Positions 56,407 to 64,000 of a stretch of DNA of 64,000 nt are shown one piece after another. Made by a program: the position numbers and the translations under genes. The DNA is from a virus (lineage: Duplodnaviria; Caudoviricetes): IMG/VR virus record IMGVR_UViG_3300017700_000931, positions 128,001-192,000 of that record; one strand, 5' to 3'. Numbering within the stretch: position 1 is the stretch's first letter; every line of letters begins with the position of its first letter. The notes under the pieces were generated by a model, which saw only the letters and a program-made list of their open reading frames with translations, was not told the origin of the DNA and did no database searches.

Positions 56407-56434
56407 TTTACTAATAATTTTAAAGCATTATAAT
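56407..56434 (+). promoter_or_regulatory. Sigma70-consensus-like promoter for the GT/nucleotide block
   Basis: TTTACT-N16-TATAAT; shares CATTATAATTAAA with the SNF2 promoter. Confidence 0.5.
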
Positions 56435-56453
56435 TAAACCAAAAAGTTTTATT

Positions 56454-57698
56454 ATGAGCAAAATTAAAGTTTTAGTAGTACCATCAGACCGAACAGGTGT
56501 AAGTTTTTTTAGAAGTACCAAACCACACATTTATTTGGAACAAATGTATCCAGAAGAATTTCATATTGATATTGAGTATTCTCCACAATTGAATAATGAT
56601 GAATGGTTAAAGCAGTATGATATTATTCATTATCATAGAACCCTTGGTCCATACGAAGAAATGGCTAAGCTAAATGAAAGATTGAAAAATCTAGGTATTG
56701 TGAGTATTATGGATTTAGATGATTATTGGTCTCCGGGCCAACATCACCCAGCATATTTAATAATCAAAAATAATAAAATATCTGATAAGATTATCAGCAA
56801 TTTAAAAACTGCTGAGTATGTTACAACAACCACTGATATTTTTGCTAAAGAAATATCAAAATTCAATAAGAATGTTTCAGTATTTCCGAATGGAATCGAC
56901 CCGAATGAAAAACAATTCATTCCAAACCCAGAGGCTTCAGAAAGAATTAGAATTGGTTGGCTAGGTGGGTCATCTCACTTAAAAGATTTAGAACTATTGA
57001 ACGGGCTTGTTAGTAAGCTTAAAGGTGATGGGTTGATTGATAAAATTCAATTTGTACTTTGTGGTTTTGACCTTAGAGGTAAAGTAACAATGCTTAATGA
57101 AAAAACTGGTGAACAAACCAGTAGAGATATCTTACCAAAAGAAAGTGTTTGGTATAAATACGAACAAATTTTTACCAACAACTATACTACTGTTAGCCCT
57201 GAATACAAAGAACACTTACTTAGATTTACTAAAGAAGAATTCGAGGGTATTCAAAATGAACCATATAGAAGGGTTTGGACTAAACCTATCAGCAGCTATG
57301 CTTCAAATTATAATTTATTTGATATTTCTTTGGCACCGCTTGAAGAGAATGTTTTTAATAAAATGAAAAGTCAATTAAAAATAATTGAAGCCGGATTCCA
57401 TAAGAAGGCAGTGATTGCCCAAGATTTTGGTCCGTATCAAATTGATATGATTAATGCCTACCAGAAGGCTACTGGTAAGAATGAAGAACCAAAATTCAAT
57501 GAAAATGCTAATGGTTACTTAGTTGAATCAGCTAAGAATCATAAACAATGGTATCAATATTTGAAAAAATTGATACAAAATCCTGAGCAAATTAAATTGT
57601 TAAGTGATAATCTTCATAAGACTATCTCTCAAACATATTCGCTTAAAAAAATTAGTGAAGATAGAAGAAATTTCTATCAATCACTTGTGAAGAAATAA
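56454..57698 (+). CDS. GT-B fold glycosyltransferase (GT4-like)
   Basis: MDLDDYW, VFPNGID, IGWLGG, DISLAPL...KSQLKIIEAG. Confidence 0.88.
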   Translation: MSKIKVLVVPSDRTGVSFFRSTKPHIYLEQMYPEEFHIDIEYSPQLNNDEWLKQYDIIHYHRTLGPYEEMAKLNERLKNLGIVSIMDLDDYWSPGQHHPAYLIIKNNKISDKIISNLKTAEYVTTTTDIFAKEISKFNKNVSVFPNGIDPNEKQFIPNPEASERIRIGWLGGSSHLKDLELLNGLVSKLKGDGLIDKIQFVLCGFDLRGKVTMLNEKTGEQTSRDILPKESVWYKYEQIFTNNYTTVSPEYKEHLLRFTKEEFEGIQNEPYRRVWTKPISSYASNYNLFDISLAPLEENVFNKMKSQLKIIEAGFHKKAVIAQDFGPYQIDMINAYQKATGKNEEPKFNENANGYLVESAKNHKQWYQYLKKLIQNPEQIKLLSDNLHKTISQTYSLKKISEDRRNFYQSLVKK

Positions 57699-57702
57699 AA
57701 AA

Positions 57703-58164
57703 TTGTGTAATTTCGTAAAAGTAATGAAAAAATTGTTTATTAATATTGGTGCGTGGTTTAAAAAAATCTTTAATTGGAAAACCAAGGAAGTAGTCAATAC
57801 TAAAATTGAAGTTGAGGTTAAAGTTAAAGAAAAATCTCGTGAAGAATTGTTATTTGATGAACTAAAAAGAAGAGATTTTTTTAAGGGTTCTATTACCAGA
57901 AAACAACTAAATGAAGATTTAGCCAAAAGTGCTAAAAAGCTTAATGATTATAGGGATTCGCAGAATGCGATTAAAGGGTTTAATAAACCTAGTCCAGCTT
58001 TAAAAGGAAAGCTTAATGGTGAAATGGCTAAAGATATAACCACAATTAAGAGACAAGAAATCAGAACTAATAAAAGGGATGAAAACAAATCAACAACACA
58101 CTCAGATTATAATCTAGATGTTGATATCGATACATTTGGCCTTTTGAATAACGATAATGATTAA
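57703..58164 (+). CDS. Hypothetical protein (start possibly 57724)
   Basis: Full ORF; amphipathic N-terminus, Lys-rich. Confidence 0.7.
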   Translation: MCNFVKVMKKLFINIGAWFKKIFNWKTKEVVNTKIEVEVKVKEKSREELLFDELKRRDFFKGSITRKQLNEDLAKSAKKLNDYRDSQNAIKGFNKPSPALKGKLNGEMAKDITTIKRQEIRTNKRDENKSTTHSDYNLDVDIDTFGLLNNDND

Positions 58165-58173
58165 ATTTACACA

Positions 58174-58734
58174 ATGTCTATTACAAAAGAACAAGCAATT
58201 AAAAATGCTAAAAAGTATTTCTCCACCGGAGAAAAATACGGTTTCATGACCGAAAAATTACAAAATTTATTGGGGGTCGAATTTATTGGTGCACCAGCAT
58301 CAACTAGAACTGATTTACATAATGCCTATGAGGGTGGATTAATTGAGCATTTATTGTTAGTAACAAAATATGCAGTATCTTTAAATGGAATTTTACCAGA
58401 AGCATTACAAGTTGATATGAATTCCTTAGTTAAGGTTTGTTGTCTACACCAAATTGGTAAAGCAAAACAATATGTGCCGAAGGTTTCAAAATGGCACAAT
58501 GACCAAGGAATTATGTATGACTTTAATGATAACCAAATCTCTATGAGAGTAGGAGAAAGGTCAGCATTTTATGCTTTAGATTGTGGTGTCACTCTAACTG
58601 AAGATGAATTTCAAGCTATTGTTAATCATGATAAAGGTGATGAAGACAAACAATCTAAATGGCATTCAAATCCATTAGCTATTATTCTTAAACAAGCTAA
58701 TGAATTAGCTATCATGGAAGAAAAAAGCAAATAA
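58174..58734 (+). CDS. HD-domain protein (YhaM-like) with HD changed to HQ
   Basis: [11 protein letters not shown]...CCLHQIGK...IVNHD. Confidence 0.75.
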   Translation: MSITKEQAIKNAKKYFSTGEKYGFMTEKLQNLLGVEFIGAPASTRTDLHNAYEGGLIEHLLLVTKYAVSLNGILPEALQVDMNSLVKVCCLHQIGKAKQYVPKVSKWHNDQGIMYDFNDNQISMRVGERSAFYALDCGVTLTEDEFQAIVNHDKGDEDKQSKWHSNPLAIILKQANELAIMEEKSK

Positions 58735-59312
58735 TGGCATCAGAAACTGAAAATCGTTTAAGGGATAAATTGTTTGAAGCCTTAGACCCAAACAACTCAT
58801 ATAGTTATGATGACTTTACAGAAGAATTTGGGTCTTTGAAAATGGAAAATTCAAATTTCATGAAAATACAGATAAAATTCACAAATAAATCTAAGAATGA
58901 AGACCCAAATTATGCAACTGATGGTGCATCTGGTTTTGACTTGAGAGCAAATTTAGATTCCCCACTAACACTTCCAGTTGGTGGTAGGGCATTAGTTCCT
59001 ACTGGTTTATTTTTTGAGTTACCACCAAATTTTGAAATACAAGTAAGACCTAGAAGTGGCTTAGCTTTAAAAAAAGGTGTTACTGTATTAAATTCCCCCG
59101 GAACTGTTGATGCAGATTATAGGGGTGAAATTGGTGTAGTATTGATTAATCATGGACAAGAACCATTTGTAATTGAAAATGGTGAAAGAATTGCACAAGC
59201 AGTTATCTCCACAGTCATATCCAAAAATGTTATTAATCTTAATAGGGTTGATGAAATATCAACTGACACAACAAGAGGTGATGGTGGTTTTGGTTCAACA
59301 GGTATAAAATAA
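58734..59312 (+). CDS. dut: Trimeric dUTPase
   Basis: [37 protein letters not shown] motifs. Confidence 0.97.
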   Translation: MASETENRLRDKLFEALDPNNSYSYDDFTEEFGSLKMENSNFMKIQIKFTNKSKNEDPNYATDGASGFDLRANLDSPLTLPVGGRALVPTGLFFELPPNFEIQVRPRSGLALKKGVTVLNSPGTVDADYRGEIGVVLINHGQEPFVIENGERIAQAVISTVISKNVINLNRVDEISTDTTRGDGGFGSTGIK

Positions 59313-59316
59313 AATT

Positions 59317-59481
59317 ATGGAAACATCAATTCATTTATTAAGTCAATCTCAACCAATTGTTTATACTAATGTAAAAAATTGTTATACAAAAGATGGGATG
59401 TATTGTGTTTATCAAAATGATGGTAAAGTAATCAAGTACCCAATGGTCAATATATTCAGAGTAGAAGAATCATACAAATAA
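59317..59481 (+). CDS. Small hypothetical protein (54 aa), absent from the ORF track
   Basis: METSIHLLSQSQPIVYTNVKNCYTKDGMYCVYQNDGKVIKYPMVNIFRVEESYK; fills the gap exactly. Confidence 0.7.
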   Translation: METSIHLLSQSQPIVYTNVKNCYTKDGMYCVYQNDGKVIKYPMVNIFRVEESYK

Positions 59482-59488
59482 AAAAATT

Positions 59489-60520
59489 ATGAGCGATATA
59501 AAATTTGATTTAAACGATATTTTAATCAAACCAGTGGCGATAAGCAATATTTCATCGAGAGCTGAAATAAACCCATTCACTGCGAGTGGGTTTTTGCCTT
59601 TAATAACAGCTCCTATGGATACTGTTATTGATGTTAGAAATCAAGATGTATTTGTTAAGAATAAAATAATACCATGCCAAAGTAGAGGTGTTGAATCTGG
59701 GCCGGATGGATTTACATCTTATTCATTAAGTGAGTTCATCGAAAAATTCCTAGACAATGGTAAAATTGCAGTCACATCAAAAATTCTAATTGATATGGCC
59801 AATGGTCATATGTCAATATTACACCAAACAATAAAAAAAGCTAAAGACATTTATGGTGATGAAATGATTTTAATGGCTGGAAACGTCGCTAATGCAACAA
59901 CATATATGTTGTTATCTGAGGCTGGTGCTGATTATGTTAGAGTTGGTATTGGAAACGGTGGTGGTTGTTTGACAACACAGCAGTTAGGTGTTGGCTACCC
60001 AATGGGTTCATTAATTGAAGAGTGTTATTACGCTTCCATGAATTTAGACAACCCAGCTAAAATTGTTGCTGATGGTGGTATGAAGGATTATTCCGATATA
60101 ATTAAAGCCTTAGCGTTAGGTGCTGACTACGTAATGATTGGTAGTATTTTGAATAAGGCACTTGAAAGTGCATCTCATTCTTATATAGAAAATACTAATT
60201 TAGCTGGTGGTGCTTGGGAAAAAATTGATGATATTAAAGCTGAAACACTTTTTAACCGAGGAAGAGACGTTTATAAAAAATTTAGGGGTATGTCAACTAA
60301 AGAAGTTCAAATCAATTGGGGTGTTTTAAATCCAAAAACTTCAGAAGGTGTTGTTAAATATCAAAAAATTGAATACACTATAGCCGGATGGGTTGAAAAT
60401 TTTGAATCCTATCTTAGGTCAGCCATGAGTTATACAAATTCTAAAACTTTAAAGAATTTTTGTGGTGAAGTTGATTTGATTCGAATAACTGAACAAGCTT
60501 ATAATCGATTTAAAAAATAA
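59489..60520 (+). CDS. guaC: GMP reductase / IMP dehydrogenase family enzyme, no CBS domains
   Basis: DLNDILI, APMDTV, IDMANGH, GIGNGGGCLT (catalytic Cys), VADGG, FRGMST, SEGV, LRSAMSY; GMSx/SEG flap is closer to GMPR. Confidence 0.8.
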   Translation: MSDIKFDLNDILIKPVAISNISSRAEINPFTASGFLPLITAPMDTVIDVRNQDVFVKNKIIPCQSRGVESGPDGFTSYSLSEFIEKFLDNGKIAVTSKILIDMANGHMSILHQTIKKAKDIYGDEMILMAGNVANATTYMLLSEAGADYVRVGIGNGGGCLTTQQLGVGYPMGSLIEECYYASMNLDNPAKIVADGGMKDYSDIIKALALGADYVMIGSILNKALESASHSYIENTNLAGGAWEKIDDIKAETLFNRGRDVYKKFRGMSTKEVQINWGVLNPKTSEGVVKYQKIEYTIAGWVENFESYLRSAMSYTNSKTLKNFCGEVDLIRITEQAYNRFKK

Positions 60521-60702
60521 TGAATATTCAAGCTGCATTACATGATTTATTAGCTAAGCACGAATCTAGGCTTAAACAATTGTTAATTGAGGTTGTAATG
60601 GGTAACTATTATGACGGATGGAGCTTGAATGGTATTAGAAACGAAATAGTAATTTTAGAAAAACAAATAATTGAAATTAAAAAAGACTTAAAAATATGGT
60701 AA
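60520..60702 (+). CDS. Small hypothetical protein (60 aa)
   Basis: Translationally coupled to both neighbours. Confidence 0.6.
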   Translation: MNIQAALHDLLAKHESRLKQLLIEVVMGNYYDGWSLNGIRNEIVILEKQIIEIKKDLKIW

Positions 60703-61814
60703 CAGTAATTTATTGTACACGAGAATCAAAACCAAGTCACACTGAACACATTATTAAGTCATCAGGCTTACATAAATCAATCGAGGTGATTGAAATTATT
60801 AATAATGGTGAATCACTAACCAAGGCGTATAATCGTGGCTTAAAACAAGCTAAAAATGATATTGTAGTTTTTTGTCATGATGATATTACTATCGAAACCA
60901 AGCAATGGGGTAATAAATTAATCAAACAATTTGATGAAAATCCAGAATATGGTATAATCGGTATCGCTGGTTCTAAGTATATGTCAACTACTGGTAGATG
61001 GTGGGATGATAGAAAAACCATGTATGGTAGAGTTAAACATACGCATGAAGGTAAAACTTGGCTATCAGCATATAGTGGTGACCAAGGAAATAAGCTTGAA
61101 GAGATGGTTAATATTGATGGATTATTTTTTGCTATTGATAAAAAAAGAATCACCAAAGATTTTGATGAATCAGTAGAAGGATTCCATTTTTATGATGTAG
61201 ACTTTTCATTTCAAAACCATTTATCCGGTGTTAAAATTGGTGTAACTACTAAAATTTTGGTTAATCACCAATCGATTGGTGCTACAAATGAACAATGGGA
61301 AGATAATAGAAAAATATTTGCTGAAAAATATAAAGACACATTACCAAAAAGGGTTATTGAAAGATTTGAAAACACAAGAAAACTTAAGGTAATGTTACCA
61401 CACGTTAATGGTGAAAACTCTTTGGAATCAGTAATTAAATTAGGTGTTGAGTTAACTAAAATGGATTGTATGGTTGCCGTTATAGCTAACTTTGATGCTA
61501 AAAATTATTTAGCATCAAAAAGACAAGGTATTAGACCGTTCACCTTACAAGAACCGCCTAGTTTTAGATTAGGTGATGGAAAATTTACGATGCAAACACA
61601 AAAGGGCCCAATCGTATCAGAACCGAATCGTTTATACAAAATTAGTCAATCAGAATATGATGTTATCTTTACAACTAACGCTGATTTATTAAATTCATAC
61701 AAAAATATGTATCCTGAGTGTAAATTTGTTGATGTAAACGCTGAAGAATTTATAGAGATGGATAAAAACCCGATAAATTATAAAGAATTGTTTATCAAAA
61801 CATATAATGCATAA
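60696..61814 (+). CDS. GT-A (GT2-like) glycosyltransferase with a C-terminal extra domain
   Basis: AYNRGL..AKNDIVVFCHDD, FHFYDVDFS, LVNHQS. Confidence 0.85.
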   Translation: MVTVIYCTRESKPSHTEHIIKSSGLHKSIEVIEIINNGESLTKAYNRGLKQAKNDIVVFCHDDITIETKQWGNKLIKQFDENPEYGIIGIAGSKYMSTTGRWWDDRKTMYGRVKHTHEGKTWLSAYSGDQGNKLEEMVNIDGLFFAIDKKRITKDFDESVEGFHFYDVDFSFQNHLSGVKIGVTTKILVNHQSIGATNEQWEDNRKIFAEKYKDTLPKRVIERFENTRKLKVMLPHVNGENSLESVIKLGVELTKMDCMVAVIANFDAKNYLASKRQGIRPFTLQEPPSFRLGDGKFTMQTQKGPIVSEPNRLYKISQSEYDVIFTTNADLLNSYKNMYPECKFVDVNAEEFIEMDKNPINYKELFIKTYNA

Positions 61815-62445
61815 ACCATTAATTAACATATTAACAAGAACATCAAATAGGCCAAATGCGTTTGAGCTAAATAGAAATACTATTTTGAGTCAAACATATG
61901 ATAATATTAATCAAATCGTATGTGTTGATGATGATGTTAGTGAAAATTATGTTAAAAATCATGGTGTTACTTATATTAAAATTGATAGAGAAAATTTGAT
62001 AAAATCAGATACCTCTGTCAACCCAAACACTGGAAAATATTCACCACACAATTTATATTTTAATCCACTAATGGCCGAAGTTAAAGACGGTTGGATTATG
62101 ATTCTTGATGATGACGACCGTTTAAGTAATATAAACGTTATTAGCAAGATTGTTGATAAGATTGAGGATGAGGATACCATGGTGATTTGGCAAATGAGAT
62201 TCCCAAACCATCAAGCAATACCTTCAACAGACACAATAAATCTACCACCACGGTTAGGTAATATTGGTTCACCATGCTTCTTATTTCATAGCAAACATTT
62301 AGGTGATATAAAATGGGATGGATGGAAATGCGGTGATTTTAGATTCATCGAAAAAATTTATAATAAAATACCGAAAAAAGTAACCATTCCAGAAACACTG
62401 GTAGTAATTGGACAAATCGGTGATGGAAACAGAACAGATTTATGA
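61807..62445 (+). CDS. GT2 glycosyltransferase
   Basis: INILTRT, IVCVDD, WIMILDDDD, CGDFRFI. Confidence 0.85.
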   Translation: MHKPLINILTRTSNRPNAFELNRNTILSQTYDNINQIVCVDDDVSENYVKNHGVTYIKIDRENLIKSDTSVNPNTGKYSPHNLYFNPLMAEVKDGWIMILDDDDRLSNINVISKIVDKIEDEDTMVIWQMRFPNHQAIPSTDTINLPPRLGNIGSPCFLFHSKHLGDIKWDGWKCGDFRFIEKIYNKIPKKVTIPETLVVIGQIGDGNRTDL

Positions 62446-63173
62446 TATCAGTAATTTTAAATGTATATAAAAGACCATATAGTTTGGAGGACCAAATAAA
62501 CGCAATTAAATCTCAATCAATTGAGATTAAAAGTGAAGATATTCATGTTTGGTATAACCTACCGGATGAGGAAATAGAACAATTCTTACCTAGCGATAAA
62601 AAAATCAAAACCTATAGGTGTAATTATAACACCAAATTTTTTGGTAGATTTACAATTCCATTATTGTGTAAAACAAAATACGTTGCAATATTTGATGATG
62701 ATATCATCGCTGGAAAATATTGGTTTGAAAACTGCATTCGTACTATAGAAAAAGAAGATGCTATTTTAGGTGGGAGTGGTGTTGTTTTGCAAGGAGATAA
62801 ATACGTTCCTAATTATAAAGTGGGTTGGAATGGAAATAAAAGCGATGTTGCAACTGAGGTAGATTTGGTAGGTCATGCTTGGTTTTTCAAGCAAGAATAT
62901 GGTAAGTTTATGTTCGAAGAAGAACCACCTTCATGGGATAATGGTGAAGATATGTTTTTATCATACATAGCACAAAAACATGGTATTAAAACTATAGTAC
63001 CGCCACACCCAATAAATGATGTTGAAATGTGGTCTAATGTACCAGCTAGAGACAAAAATATGGGTAATGATGCAGCTGCATCATGGTTAAATAATAAAAA
63101 TCATTATGCTGAAAGAAATTCAATAGTTACAAAACTAATTGAAAGGGGTTGGCTAAGAGTAACAAAAAAGTAA
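62442..63173 (+). CDS. GT-A fold glycosyltransferase
   Basis: VILNVYKRP, VAIFDDD, VDLVGH, GEDMFLS. Confidence 0.8.
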   Translation: MISVILNVYKRPYSLEDQINAIKSQSIEIKSEDIHVWYNLPDEEIEQFLPSDKKIKTYRCNYNTKFFGRFTIPLLCKTKYVAIFDDDIIAGKYWFENCIRTIEKEDAILGGSGVVLQGDKYVPNYKVGWNGNKSDVATEVDLVGHAWFFKQEYGKFMFEEEPPSWDNGEDMFLSYIAQKHGIKTIVPPHPINDVEMWSNVPARDKNMGNDAAASWLNNKNHYAERNSIVTKLIERGWLRVTKK

Positions 63174-63928
63174 TGAAAACATTTGAAGGACATTTTAAAA
63201 TGCTATTAGATAAACTGAAGGCCGGAGAGCACTTCGGTTATTGTCGTTTTTCTGATGGTGAATTAAGAATAATGCAGAATCTAGAATTAGTATTAGCAGC
63301 TGACCATTTCAAAATCGGTGATAAAAAAACTGGTGGTAGTTATGCTGAAGAAGACCATAAACACTTTGACCCAAAACAACATCAATTTTTTCATGAAAAA
63401 TTAATGGAATCATATCGTTTTAAAAAGGATAATTATTTTGTTGGGTTAAGTTGTCGTTGTTGTGTTGGTGAAGCTGATTTCAAACAAATGTTGGAATGGT
63501 ATGATGGCGATGTAAATAGCGATAATTTGACTTGGTCAAATTTATTTTTGAATGGTAATTACAACAGATTCATTAGTGAATTTTTACCAGAATTAAAAAA
63601 TAAAAAAATTGTTTATGTTGTAAATGAAAATGCTGATTTATCAGGGTTACCATTTGATGTGGTAAAAGATTTTAGAGTTGGTAAAAATTGCATCATAAAT
63701 AACTATGGATTGATTGACGAGATGAAAAAATGGATGGATGAAAATGAAATAAAAGACCATGTATTTTTATTTTCCGCATCCAGTTTAAGCAATTTTATGG
63801 TTCATCAATTATTTGATTATAATGATAAAAACACATACATTGATATTGGAACCACATTGAATCCATATATTGGTATGAAAGCAAGACGTGGATATCACAC
63901 AGGAAACAAAAAAATATGTATATGGTAA
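63173..63928 (+). CDS. GT-D fold (DUF1792-like) glycosyltransferase (likely start 63173)
   Basis: YCRFSDGE near the N-terminus and IDIG near the C-terminus. Confidence 0.6.
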   Translation: MKTFEGHFKMLLDKLKAGEHFGYCRFSDGELRIMQNLELVLAADHFKIGDKKTGGSYAEEDHKHFDPKQHQFFHEKLMESYRFKKDNYFVGLSCRCCVGEADFKQMLEWYDGDVNSDNLTWSNLFLNGNYNRFISEFLPELKNKKIVYVVNENADLSGLPFDVVKDFRVGKNCIINNYGLIDEMKKWMDENEIKDHVFLFSASSLSNFMVHQLFDYNDKNTYIDIGTTLNPYIGMKARRGYHTGNKKICIW

Positions 63929-64000
63929 CATTAGAATTAGTCGAGAACGAAGAAAAATATTATGAATTTATTAGATTGTTAAGAATACATCCAGAAAATA
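63922..64000 (+). CDS. 5' end of the next gene, running off the window
   Basis: MVTLELVENEEKYYEFIRLLRIHPEN; start overlaps the upstream stop. Confidence 0.55.
   Translation, partial: MVTLELVENEEKYYEFIRLLRIHPEN

Noticed and set aside
85-63055. Many short ORF-track entries antisense to or out of frame within long genes (e.g. 5987-6397, 10562-11128, 19733-20164, 20612-21130, 52621-52998)
   Set aside because: Shadows of the real genes caused by codon bias and low complexity; no motifs or start context
1-64000. Stop-codon reassignment (as in some large Bacteroidota phages)
   Set aside because: Standard-code ORFs tile the window densely, and TAG (14626) and TGA (44168) serve as normal stops

Overview
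This is a gene-dense, AT-rich (about 30% GC by eye) 64-kb segment of a large T4-like contractile-tailed (myovirus) phage genome in the standard genetic code. The host is probably Bacteroidota: there are TTTG-N19-TAnnTTTG promoters and AU-rich leaders without Shine-Dalgarno sites. In order, the window holds: (1) a recombination/replication block (RNR 5' end, DnaB/gp41 helicase, RNase H/5'-3' exonuclease, RecA/UvsX, gp32-like SSB); (2) a tail module (2289-aa hub with two murein-hydrolase-like domains, LysM wedge, 1335-aa baseplate protein with an OmpA-like insert, tape measure, gp26/gp51-like chaperones, tube, sheath, fibres, tail completion and neck proteins); (3) an SNF2 helicase, glutaredoxin and family B DNA polymerase interleaved with the structural genes; (4) a fibre/adhesin block with a sulfotransferase; and (5) a plus-strand block with a WYL operon, HD protein, dUTPase, GMP reductase-like enzyme and five glycosyltransferase-like genes. 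The most interesting signals are a set of late genes whose products share a T4-like capsid-targeting/cleavage leader (including a WYL protein and a membrane OmpA-domain protein), a probable virion glycosylation/sulfation system, a candidate structured RNA in the recA leader, a +1 frameshift site joining the tail chaperones, a sense-strand TATTTAT motif before about 16 genes, and a missed ribbon-helix-helix gene with candidate operators. All product calls come from motif recognition only; no database search was run.
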